In this document: positions 10,695-21,400 of the stretch, piece after piece | Numbering within the stretch: position 1 is the stretch's first letter | Layout of the letters: every line of letters begins with the position of its first letter | DNA from: Prasinococcaceae sp. CCMP 1430 | Lineage: Eukaryota > Plantae > Prasinodermophyta | Length of the DNA: 44,588 nucleotides | Assembly: GCA_013416795.1 (NCBI GenBank) | Contig: RQSC01000010.1 | Location: 40,935 to 85,522 of the forward strand | Reading direction: 5' to 3' | Program-made: the position numbers and the translations under genes | The notes under the pieces: model-generated | What the model was told of the DNA's origin: nothing | The model's database searches: none | What the model saw: only the letters and a program-made list of their open reading frames with translations

Positions 10695-11423
10695 TCAAGT
10701 ACCCTCTTTGAGGCATTCCGGGCACTTCCATCCCTTGACGCTCACCGCGTCTACTGTGCACCCGATGCACTGCGGGTGGTACCATTCATGGCACGCCTTG
10801 CACTCGGCCATGAAAAAGTCGGGGTTGAAAGGCATCTCGCACACGCAGTATATGGGCACCCTGTCCGGCTTGAAGGTGCGCGTCCTGGCGCTGTAGTCGA
10901 AGCGCGTGAAGTGGTCACCCGGGGGTTTGCGCTCGAGGGCCATCCACTGCCGCAGCGTGTGCACGTTGCACTTGTAGTTGACGCTCTTCACGTGCTCCCA
11001 GTCGTGGTGGTCGCTCACGAAGAGCTCGCGGTCGCTGTGGAAGCACTTCCTGCCGCAGTGCGTCTCCTCAGGCCTGTAGAACCAACGCACATAGATTTCT
11101 GCGACCTCTGTGCCTTGCGACGACACGGCTCGGTCGGCTGACACGCCCGCGCCCTCGCCCTGTGGCTGCGGAGGCAAGCCTGCCTGCTCGGGCGTGCGCA
11201 TGCCTTCGATGCGGCCGATGAATGCCTCCGCACCCTCATCCGGCGGGAGCAGCGCGATGCAGTCTCCCAGCCGGAAGGTCACGCCGCGAAAGGTGAACTC
11301 GACGGGCTCTGTGGGCTCAGCTCGGCCATCCTCGCCGCCGCGCGCGTGGCTCGCCTCGCCACCCTTCTGCCTCTTCGATGGCGGAGGCACGGCAGCACCT
11401 TCGCGCTTCGCGCCGATGCCCAT
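10695..11423 (-). CDS. EBS: BAH-PHD chromatin reader (EBS/SHL family)
   Basis: BAH motifs VRWFYRPEE and ELFVSDHHD, linker FKPDRVPIYCVCEMPFNPD, and PHD CxxC..HPQC..WKCPEC. EBS versus SHL cannot be resolved by eye. Confidence 0.9.
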   Translation of the reverse strand: MGIGAKREGAAVPPPSKRQKGGEASHARGGEDGRAEPTEPVEFTFRGVTFRLGDCIALLPPDEGAEAFIGRIEGMRTPEQAGLPPQPQGEGAGVSADRAVSSQGTEVAEIYVRWFYRPEETHCGRKCFHSDRELFVSDHHDWEHVKSVNYKCNVHTLRQWMALERKPPGDHFTRFDYSARTRTFKPDRVPIYCVCEMPFNPDFFMAECKACHEWYHPQCIGCTVDAVSVKGWKCPECLKEGT

Positions 11424-12189
11424 GCCGTGGGCGTCGCCGCGCGCGGCGCGCGACGTGCGATGCGCGCGCGCCAACAAAAACCGCCGATGAGGAGGGGGGT
11501 GTGGGTGGGTGGGGGAGGCCGCCGCCGCGGCGGGCCGCTTCCCCGCGCGTCCCCCCACCGGGCCTCGCTCCTCGCTCGCCGGATGGTGCGCTGTAGGCCG
11601 CGCGCGTGGACGCGGGGATGGGGGTGGTGGTAGAGGGAACGGCGGAGGGAGGCGATCGATCGCGCGCCCACGCGGGCGCGCGCCCGCCTGGCGCTCGCGC
11701 TCTGGCGCCGTTGGCGGCAGGCGTTTGCGCCGCGGCGGCCAAAAAAAAAAAAAAAAAAAAAGGGGGGGGCGCCAATGCGTTTTGATGTATTCATATCAAA
11801 ATGAACTCGAGCGTGCCACACTGCCAGCTACGAGGAACCCGCCCGTAGCCGGCGCGGCGACACGAGTCGGAAAAAAAAAAGGCAACAACGCGGCGATGGA
11901 TTCCATTGAATTCGCACATGAATTGGGATAATTCGATATGGATTCCTAATTGGAATTGTATTTGATATGTTGCGATTCCGCATGCGCGCGCGGGGCGCGC
12001 GGGGCGGCGTGCACGGAGCACACGCCGCAGCGGCGATGGCGTCGCGTTTTTGGCGCGGCCTGAGTCAGCGCGGGGTCCGTTTCGCGCGCGGCGCTCCGCG
12101 GTTTCGGGCGACGGCGGGGAAGCCGGGAAGAACTGGCGTTTGCGCGGTGCTGCGGATCCGGAAAGTCGCGCAGTTCCGGAAAGTCGGCC

Positions 12190-12858
12190 GTGGCGTGGCG
12201 GCTCGGCGCCGCCACAGCGCGCGCGCGCGCGCGCCGCGGTGCCCCACGGTACGGCGGCCTCCGACGGCCGCGGCAGTGGAGGCCGAGGGCGAGGCGGCGT
12301 GCGGGGGCGCTCGCGCCCGTCGAAGGCGAGACCTCTGCGTCGTCTCGCGACGACCCATTCGCCGAGGCGGAGCCGCGGAAGCTGCTGGCGCGCGAGGGTG
12401 GCTCAGGGCGGCCGCAGGGCCGCGAGCAGCCGCAGCGTCGGGGCGACGCGGCCAGCCCGAGCACCTTCGTGCGTCCCGGTGCGGCGACGCTCACCATCTC
12501 GTCGCGGCGCGTGCGCGCCGACGACTCGGTGCGCTCGAGGCGCACGGCTGCCGCCGCCAATATGCTGCGCATTGAGAGCGGTCCGCGCCAACGCGTCGAG
12601 GAGGCAGCGATAGAGCGCCGCGGCGGCAGCGCCGGGGGTGCGAACCGCCCCGGCGACAGCGCCATGGCTGCGCCACCGCTGTACGACAGCGTGTGGATGT
12701 CGGAGGTCGGGATGAGGGTCGTCGCGGGCATCGCCGTGGGTATCACGGCGTGTGCGCTCGCGACTGGCCTCGCAACAGGCACGCAGGCTGGCGTTGAGGA
12801 GCTCATCAGCATCACGCACAAGCTCACGGTGACCGACCCTGGCGTCGTGCTCGGATAG
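12190..12858 (+). CDS. Hypothetical protein with C-terminal hydrophobic segment; start uncertain (possibly near 12036)
   Basis: Coding-like C-terminal half (YDSVWMSEVGMRVVAGIAVGITACALATG). No family recognised. Confidence 0.35.
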   Translation: MAWRLGAATARARARRGAPRYGGLRRPRQWRPRARRRAGALAPVEGETSASSRDDPFAEAEPRKLLAREGGSGRPQGREQPQRRGDAASPSTFVRPGAATLTISSRRVRADDSVRSRRTAAAANMLRIESGPRQRVEEAAIERRGGSAGGANRPGDSAMAAPPLYDSVWMSEVGMRVVAGIAVGITACALATGLATGTQAGVEELISITHKLTVTDPGVVLG

Positions 12859-13317
12859 CGAGGACACGAAACACGAAAAAACAAACACCCACACCCACAC
12901 GCGCGCACGAGCGCAGGCGACACACACAACCTCACCCATGCACCCAACCACCGCCAACGAGCATCGATCATTAGTGGCTCAGCGAGCAAGCAGACGGCCT
13001 CGTATTCGGACCTCGACCAACGACTGACTCCTCTATGACATTGTTGTGTTCAACGACCGTTGTTACATCCATCCGTCGGCTGGCATCGCCCAGCAACGGA
13101 AACTGCGACGGGTGCACATCTCTCTGATGTCGTGACATGGTACATGTACTATTTGTAAGATATTGCCCATGTCCGACCCAGTTGGGCGCAGTGCCATCGT
13201 CCACGCTCGCGCGCCGCGCTCCCACGCGTGGTGGCAGCCTGCTGGCAGCGCCTGGGTCGTCCTCATGCGCGATTCCCCAGCAAACTTGCGCGCTGGCGCT
13301 GACTATTCTTCGCGGCC

Positions 13318-14211
13318 CTAGTCCTCGTGCTCCCACTTGTGCAGGCCCGGGAAGTCGTCCGGACGCCGCTGTCCCTCCCAGGTGAACCGCCTGTGTTCCT
13401 TCGATATCGGGCCCACGTCATTGATGGAGGCGACCCTACGCTGCATTAGTCCGTTCTTGGCGAACTCCCACCTTGGAGCCACATGCGCCCCGGCCGCGAG
13501 AGTGTGTCAGAGGCAGGCAGGGAGGGAGAGAGAAATGCGGCAAGCTGCTAATGCTCGCGATTGTCGTCGCCAAGGCGAGCCCGCGCGCGCTCGGCGTGTT
13601 GGCTGTGGCGCATGGCTGGCCGACCCACGTACAACTCATTGCCGTACGCTCTCCAATACTGACCGTCTGCGGCGCTCCTGTACTCGTACTGGAAGGTCAC
13701 GGCAATTCTGTCGCCAGAGTGTGCCCACAGCTGCTTAATAAGCTTATACTCGTGCTCGGCCGCCCACTTGCGGCGGAGGAAGGCCTCAACTTCGTCGCGG
13801 CCGCGGAGGAACTCGCTGCGGTTACGCCACTGCGTGTCGGGCGTGTACGCCCGTGCAACGGCGCTCGGGTCGCGGCTATTCCAGGCATCCTCAGCGAACC
13901 GCACTGGAGTTGGAGACCGTGAAACGTCAGCCGCGCCATAGTGATCTTCATCGCTGCATACTTCCGCCGCGCTCGCGCGCGAGTCGCGCCCTCGTCAAAG
14001 CGTCCGTACCTTTAGTGGCCGCCGCCACAGGGTCATCGTACGGCGGCAACGGCGGCCTGTCGAGTGCGACAAAGGACGGCGCAATAAAGCCGCGCCCTTG
14101 CTGACGCTGCCAATGCGTCGCACTCGATGCGCTCGGGGAGAGCAGCGCCGACGCGTCCGCCAGCCCGCGCGCTGCCCGTGCGGCGCGGCGTGCCAATGGC
14201 AGCAGCATCAT
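13318..14211 (-). CDS. DUF1348 / SnoaL-like (NTF2-fold) protein; exons 14211-14010, 13903-13633, 13471-13318
   Basis: Spliced product reads RPPLPPY..KVRFAEDAWNSRDP..QWRNRSEFL..FLRRKW..YKLIKQLWA..RIAVTFQYE..RAYGNELWEF..GLMQRRVASIND..RRPDDFPGL. The two GT-AG introns give 627 nt, in frame. Confidence 0.88.
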
Positions 14212-14849
14212 AGATCGGTTCGCCCCACTCATCCCAGTCGCACACGCCGCGCAGCTCCTCTTCCGCGGCAACGACGGCCGAGCGGCGCGCGGCCTGAGTC
14301 CTCACACCGCACCGCGCGGGGACAAGAGCTCGGAGCGCCCGCCCGCCCGCTGCAACTCGCCCGCACCGTCCCTTGGTGATCCCGCGCGCGTGCGGGCAGT
14401 GGCGCGCTGCCAGCACGGCCGCGCGAGCGATTTTTTTTTTTTCGACAGCGAGCGCAAACCTGCGAACGACGGTGGGGCCTTGATGGCTGCGCCTGCATTT
14501 CACATGGTCCTTCGCAATGCGCTCGAGAGGAGCGGCGGATACGCCGAGTCTGAGCTGCCCGCGCGAGCGAGTGGTCTGGAAGACGGTGGCGGGACTCGAG
14601 GGCGCCGGAGCATGCGCCGCATGCTGCGCTGGCGCAGGAGTGTACCAAAAAGTCGTAACGTGATGCAGCTACAAGTGCTCGTAGGTCAAGCGATTGCGCG
14701 CGCGCGTGCACCGCCTCGCGCATGCTCTTTCCTCGTTCGATGGCATGGCACCCTCTCTCGCTGTCGCTCCGCATCTCCTTCGCCTCATGGCCCCATCCGC
14801 AGGAGTTCTGGTTCGGTCGGGGGCACCTAGCGTCCGCGCTACAGCGCAT

Positions 14850-16239
14850 TTACTCCGGCTTACGAATGACCTCGTCACTGTCCTTCGGGGCGAAGATGTA
14901 GGCTCCATCGTCGAGCTTGACCTGGTAGGGGGCAATGAAGCCTGGCCTCATATATTCATCGGTGTACATGTGCGCGATCACGGTGCCCAAAGCCCAGCCT
15001 TCCCTGATGCGGCACTCAACCTTGTCGCCCACTGCGAAGCGCAGCGCGCGGCGCAATTCTGCCTGCTTCTCCGGGGTCGAAACGCAAGCCTCGAAGCGCG
15101 CCCTGAGATCAGCCTCGTCAAGGTTCTTGCCAATGAGGACGAGCTTGCAGCCGCGCTTCTCGCCGGCTCTCCAAGGCTGGAAGTCGCCGCTGAAGAGCAT
15201 GTGCACAGAGTGACACACAAATTTCTCCAAGGTGTTCGCCACGGCGAGCACGCCCTTCACGCGGAAAAGATCGGTCCCCTTCTCCCGCATGAGATAGGAG
15301 ATAAAGCCCTCCAGTTCGCTCAGGATGACCTCGTCGTCGTTCACAAAGCTGACGCTGCTCACGGTGTCGTCGTGCTCGTGCTCGTTATCCGTGTTCAGGA
15401 ACTCCGGATCCATCTCAAGGGTGCGATCGAGGTCAAACCCGCAGATGTTCAAGACGTTGTCGACCGAGACGTTGGCGCGCTCGCACCGGAGGATGGGCGC
15501 CAGCGTGTTGATAGACTTCAGGCGCTTCTCGACCCGGTCGAGATCTTCCGGCTGTCGGAGGAAAGCACGAGGGCGTGCCGATGCAATGTCAGCCAGGCAG
15601 GGAGCGGCACACCGAGCGCAGCGACGCCATGTGCGCACGGCGCCGACGGGGCAAGGCTGGCGCGCTGGTGTTGTGTGGCTGGCCTTGGGGGGTTCGCACC
15701 TTCACCAGATCAGTCTTGTTGAGCAGCAGGCGGTCAGCGAAGGCGACCTGCTCGACGGCCTCGTTTTCGGCCCCCTCGGCCTTTTCCTGGTCGAGCGCGC
15801 GCTCGATGTGCTTGGCATCGATGAGGGTGACAATGCCATCCAGGCGCGCGAATGCCGTCGTTCTCTCGTCCACGAAAAACGTCTGGGCCACCGGCGCTGG
15901 GTCGGCCATGCCCGTCGTCTCGATGACAATGCCGTCCAGCTTGAGCGTGCCAGCCTGCACACGGTCTGCTAGCTTGTGGATCACCTTAACGAGGTCCTGG
16001 CGCACCGTGCAGCAGATGCAGCCGTTCATCATCTCGATGATCTCCTCGTCGGACTGCATCTTCGCGTTGCGCTCGAGGAGCGCGTCGTCGATGCCCACGT
16101 CGCCGAACTCATTCTCGATGACGGCAATCTTCTTGCCGTGCGTCTCCGTGAGGATGTGGTTGAGGAGCGTGGTCTTCCCCGACCCGAGGAAGCCCGTCAG
16201 GACTGTGACGGGCACGCGGGAGTCGGTCTCGGTCGCCAT
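14850..16239 (-). CDS. CobW/COG0523 (Zng1-like) metal-chaperone GTPase with extra C-terminal domain; exons 16239-15700, 15551-14850
   Basis: GFLGSGKTT, ENEFG, GCICCTVR, IETTGMADP, NKTD and CobW_C (LFRVKGVL). The intron is GTGCG...GCTGAC...CAG. Confidence 0.93.
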
Positions 16240-17313
16240 GGTGCGCAGCTGCGGCCACGCGGGCGGGCGGCCCTGCGCGCGTCAGCGCCGATCGGCCAGA
16301 GCCTCGCGCGCGCCGCGCGTCGTGCGCGGCCGCAGCGCCACACGCCGACGCTAGATGGCAGAGATGGCGGAGAGGCGGCGGAGAGGGGCACGCGCGCGGG
16401 AGTTGGGGCGCGGGAAGGGGCGGGCCTGGTGGACTTCGCACCGCCGTGGGGTGCGCGCTCCGCACTCGCGCACGCCGATCGGTGGCGCAGCTCCTTGGCA
16501 CCCTAACCAACGCCCCGAAAAATGAAACGCGCCCGCCGACGCGCGCGCGCGCGCGCGCGTGCGGGCGCGCGGCCGCGCGCAAACACACACCTGCCCGTGC
16601 CGCCGCTCGCCTCCCTCGCGCGATCACCGGCTGCCGTGCGCGCGCCCTGTGGCGCACAGCGCCCCGTTCTCTCTCTCCCCCCTTCCCCCCCCCTCCCTCC
16701 CCGCGCCCTGCTCCCGGGCGCGCCTGCCCCGCAAGGCGCGCGCGCGCGTGGCGGGCCGCCATCACTGCGCATGCATTCATGCCCACGCCGAACCCCCGGC
16801 AGCACCCAACCACCGCCCGCACGCCCGCACGTGTTCGTTCGGCAGGGCACACATCGCATCGCAGATCCGATCGGGGTGACGTCGCGGCAGCCACGTGCCC
16901 AACCAACGGCGCGTGCCGACGCGTGCCAACAACGCACGCAGCTCAGCGGCGCCCAGTTAAACCCTCTTATTCCCTTGACCCCAACGACGATGTACAGTAC
17001 AGTACATTGTAGTGTACCCTGCCTTGATGCCTGAAAGTCACTTTTACGGTAAACACTGAAAATTTTTGATCTAAAATGCTGCTGTCAGGCCGCACCGCAA
17101 TTAGCCCGGGATGGGTGGGTGGGTTGCGCGCGCAGCGCGCAAAGCAGCAAGAGTGGCACGCCCCCGAAAACGGATCCCGCGCGGATCACGCGCGCTGGGG
17201 GAACCGTCCCTATCAAAACGCATGGGGGCGTGCGCAGCTGGGTGCTAATCTACAAACTCGGTGTAGCCAAAATGCCCAACCACGCTTGTAGTGTACCCTG
17301 CCTTGATGCCATT

Positions 17314-17560
17314 CTAGTCGCTGGTATTCGGGGTGCCCCGAGTGGGGCTGTCCCGAAGCCAGCCAAAGAAAAACAAGGCGTGTTCGTCGCACGGGTACGT
17401 GGGGTCGATGTAGTGCTTGCCGACCGTAGCCGAGTTCGGCGCCCACCCGCCAATGAAACATATTTGCACCATGTCCTTGGCGACGGCCCACGCGCCTGAC
17501 GCGAACATTGACCTCCCGCTGTGCGGCAGGTACGACATACCCGGAGGCGCCGAGACGCCA
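17314..17560 (-). pseudogene. Tyrosine recombinase C-terminal fragment (copy 1; also 18841-19087 and 20368-20614)
   Basis: GVSAPPGMSYLPHSGRSMFASGAWAV..IGGWAPNSATVGKHYIDP..FFGWL contains the HxxR, W and catalytic Y positions of YR box II. The N-terminal catalytic Arg region is absent. Confidence 0.75.
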
Positions 17561-17649
17561 GTCGTTTGTGTTGGGGTTAAGGGATCTCTCTGCACGTCTC
17601 GTCTCGTGCTGCATCGCGTGTGTGTCTCGTCTCACACTTTGCGTCTGGG

Positions 17650-17740
17650 TCTGTCACATCTGCATGTCTCGTCTCATGCTCTTGTGTCTGTATTGGTCAC
17701 AGCTGCATGTCTCATCTCATGCTTGTGTGTCTGGTTCTCT
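17650..17740. repeat. Degenerate ~43-bp internal tandem repeat within each 1527-bp unit
   Basis: GTCACATCTGCATGTCTCGTCTCATGCTCTTGTGTCTG at 17653 versus GTCACAGCTGCATGTCTCATCTCATGCTTGTGTGTCTG at 17696. Confidence 0.75.
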
Positions 17741-17849
17741 TGGCCTTTCGGCCACGCTTGTCGTCTCTGCTGTGTCTGTCTGCAGTCGACTTGCGTCCGC
17801 TCTGTCTGTGCGTGTTGCACGACTGCACCACGCCATATAGGTGTTCGAT

Positions 17850-17924
17850 GGTGCTCCCGCCCAACGATTTCGTGAGCGCGTCGGCCGGATTGACCGTGCC
17901 GTCGACGTGTCCGAACTCGTACAT
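17850..17924 (-). pseudogene. Retroelement RNase H C-terminal fragment (also at +1527 and +3054)
   Basis: GHVDGTVNPADALTKSL resembles the terminal N-x-A-D-x-L-T-K-x-L motif of Ty1/copia RNase H. Short match only. Confidence 0.5.
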
Positions 17925-18308
17925 CCTGTGCTGCCTGCATCATCAATAGCAGCTTGTCGAACGCGCTCTGTACAGTGACGAGCTTGGCGGCACCGAACCG
18001 CTCGTGAAAGTGAGCGAGGTAGGTCATCGTTTGTGTTGGGGTTCCATACCTTAGACCCTACCCTTAAGAGCTGACGGGGATGGGGTTCAATACCCCAGAC
18101 CCTGACCTTAATTATCAGCCGGGTTTGCTATCGGTGCAATCCCGTTGTCTGACCCGAGTTACTCACTCACGCCCGGGGCTTTCAACCCGGCTGGGGGTTT
18201 CAACCCAGTGTAGTTTCCACTCAGACCTGGGGTAGGTCATCAGGTAAATGACTGTCTAGACTGACCACGGGAGACTAGGTGAGGACGATACATTATGTAG
18301 CATGCGAG

Positions 18309-18497
18309 CTACATATCATCACACGAACTGCCCCGACTGCCGGACATGCACGTAACCACGGTGGACAACAGGTCGCGCGCGGTCTCCAACTCGTCGTCCG
18401 AACGCGGCCATGTTGCGCCCATGAGCGTGTCTGCGGCGGTCAGTGCCCTGAATTCCTCAGCCGCGGACGGTGCCCCCCCGTCCTCGGCGTCAGACAT
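18309..18497 (-). pseudogene. Probable truncated ORF1 (gag-position) N-terminus of the YR element (also 19836-20024 and 21363-21551)
   Basis: First ATG-initiated, coding-like ORF downstream of repeat A on the YR strand (MSDAEDGGAPSAAEEFRAL...). The call rests on position only. Confidence 0.35.
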
Positions 18498-21400
18498 GTG
18501 GGCAGGCTGCTACTCAGAGCGCGCGAACGCGCCCCGTAGCACAGTGCACGCGCTCACGCGTGCCCCGTCTTACACGATAACCCTCTCGCGCACGAGAGGG
18601 GAGTGTTCACCGTGGGTGACTCTCGCGTGCCTAAGCACGCGGAGCTGCTGTTGCGCGCGCAGCGCGCAAAGCAGCAAGAGTGGCACGCCCCCGAAAACGG
18701 ATCCCGCGCGGATCACGCGCGCTGGGGGAACCGTCCCTATCAAAACGCATGGGGGCGTGCGCAGCTGGGTGCTAATCTACAAACTCGGTGTAGCCAAAAT
18801 GCCCAACCACGCTTGTAGTGTACCCTGCCTTGATGCCATTCTAGTCGCTGGTATTCGGGGTGCCCCGAGTGGGGCTGTCCCGAAGCCAGCCAAAGAAAAA
18901 CAAGGCGTGTTCGTCGCACGGGTACGTGGGGTCGATGTAGTGCTTGCCGACCGTAGCCGAGTTCGGCGCCCACCCGCCAATGAAACATATTTGCACCATG
19001 TCCTTGGCGACGGCCCACGCGCCTGACGCGAACATTGACCTCCCGCTGTGCGGCAGGTACGACATACCCGGAGGCGCCGAGACGCCAGTCGTTTGTGTTG
19101 GGGTTAAGGGATCTCTCTGCACGTCTCGTCTCGTGCTGCATCGCGTGTGTGTCTCGTCTCACACTTTGCGTCTGGGTCTGTCACATCTGCATGTCTCGTC
19201 TCATGCTCTTGTGTCTGTATTGGTCACAGCTGCATGTCTCATCTCATGCTTGTGTGTCTGGTTCTCTTGGCCTTTCGGCCACGCTTGTCGTCTCTGCTGT
19301 GTCTGTCTGCAGTCGACTTGCGTCCGCTCTGTCTGTGCGTGTTGCACGACTGCACCACGCCATATAGGTGTTCGATGGTGCTCCCGCCCAACGATTTCGT
19401 GAGCGCGTCGGCCGGATTGACCGTGCCGTCGACGTGTCCGAACTCGTACATCCTGTGCTGCCTGCATCATCAATAGCAGCTTGTCGAACGCGCTCTGTAC
19501 AGTGACGAGCTTGGCGGCACCGAACCGCTCGTGAAAGTGAGCGAGGTAGGTCATCGTTTGTGTTGGGGTTCCATACCTTAGACCCTACCCTTAAGAGCTG
19601 ACGGGGATGGGGTTCAATACCCCAGACCCTGACCTTAATTATCAGCCGGGTTTGCTATCGGTGCAATCCCGTTGTCTGACCCGAGTTACTCACTCACGCC
19701 CGGGGCTTTCAACCCGGCTGGGGGTTTCAACCCAGTGTAGTTTCCACTCAGACCTGGGGTAGGTCATCAGGTAAATGACTGTCTAGACTGACCACGGGAG
19801 ACTAGGTGAGGACGATACATTATGTAGCATGCGAGCTACATATCATCACACGAACTGCCCCGACTGCCGGACATGCACGTAACCACGGTGGACAACAGGT
19901 CGCGCGCGGTCTCCAACTCGTCGTCCGAACGCGGCCATGTTGCGCCCATGAGCGTGTCTGCGGCGGTCAGTGCCCTGAATTCCTCAGCCGCGGACGGTGC
20001 CCCCCCGTCCTCGGCGTCAGACATGTGGGCAGGCTGCTACTCAGAGCGCGCGAACGCGCCCCGTAGCACAGTGCACGCGCTCACGCGTGCCCCGTCTTAC
20101 ACGATAACCCTCTCGCGCACGAGAGGGGAGTGTTCACCGTGGGTGACTCTCGCGTGCCTAAGCACGCGGAGCTGCTGTTGCGCGCGCAGCGCGCAAAGCA
20201 GCAAGAGTGGCACGCCCCCGAAAACGGATCCCGCGCGGATCACGCGCGCTGGGGGAACCGTCCCTATCAAAACGCATGGGGGCGTGCGCAGCTGGGTGCT
20301 AATCTACAAACTCGGTGTAGCCAAAATGCCCAACCACGCTTGTAGTGTACCCTGCCTTGATGCCATTCTAGTCGCTGGTATTCGGGGTGCCCCGAGTGGG
20401 GCTGTCCCGAAGCCAGCCAAAGAAAAACAAGGCGTGTTCGTCGCACGGGTACGTGGGGTCGATGTAGTGCTTGCCGACCGTAGCCGAGTTCGGCGCCCAC
20501 CCGCCAATGAAACATATTTGCACCATGTCCTTGGCGACGGCCCACGCGCCTGACGCGAACATTGACCTCCCGCTGTGCGGCAGGTACGACATACCCGGAG
20601 GCGCCGAGACGCCAGTCGTTTGTGTTGGGGTTAAGGGATCTCTCTGCACGTCTCGTCTCGTGCTGCATCGCGTGTGTGTCTCGTCTCACACTTTGCGTCT
20701 GGGTCTGTCACATCTGCATGTCTCGTCTCATGCTCTTGTGTCTGTATTGGTCACAGCTGCATGTCTCATCTCATGCTTGTGTGTCTGGTTCTCTTGGCCT
20801 TTCGGCCACGCTTGTCGTCTCTGCTGTGTCTGTCTGCAGTCGACTTGCGTCCGCTCTGTCTGTGCGTGTTGCACGACTGCACCACGCCATATAGGTGTTC
20901 GATGGTGCTCCCGCCCAACGATTTCGTGAGCGCGTCGGCCGGATTGACCGTGCCGTCGACGTGTCCGAACTCGTACATCCTGTGCTGCCTGCATCATCAA
21001 TAGCAGCTTGTCGAACGCGCTCTGTACAGTGACGAGCTTGGCGGCACCGAACCGCTCGTGAAAGTGAGCGAGGTAGGTCATCGTTTGTGTTGGGGTTCCA
21101 TACCTTAGACCCTACCCTTAAGAGCTGACGGGGATGGGGTTCAATACCCCAGACCCTGACCTTAATTATCAGCCGGGTTTGCTATCGGTGCAATCCCGTT
21201 GTCTGACCCGAGTTACTCACTCACGCCCGGGGCTTTCAACCCGGCTGGGGGTTTCAACCCAGTGTAGTTTCCACTCAGACCTGGGGTAGGTCATCAGGTA
21301 AATGACTGTCTAGACTGACCACGGGAGACTAGGTGAGGACGATACATTATGTAGCATGCGAGCTACATATCATCACACGAACTGCCCCGACTGCCGGACA

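Noticed and set aside
11741-11769. A21-G8 tract as a retroposon tail
   Set aside because: No TSD or element body is visible, and similar homopolymers occur in other intergenic regions (~4660, 11871, ~14432).
11895-11970. GAATT/GGATTCC-rich patch as a heat-shock element
   Set aside because: The spacing does not fit alternating nGAAn units; it is an ordinary AT-rich divergent promoter.
17562-18043. TGTTGGGGTT as paired copia LTR ends (TRIM-like element)
   Set aside because: Both copies face the same way, the sequences diverge after the 17-mer, there is no matching CCCCAACA end, and no clear PBS or PPT was found. Kept only as a direct repeat.
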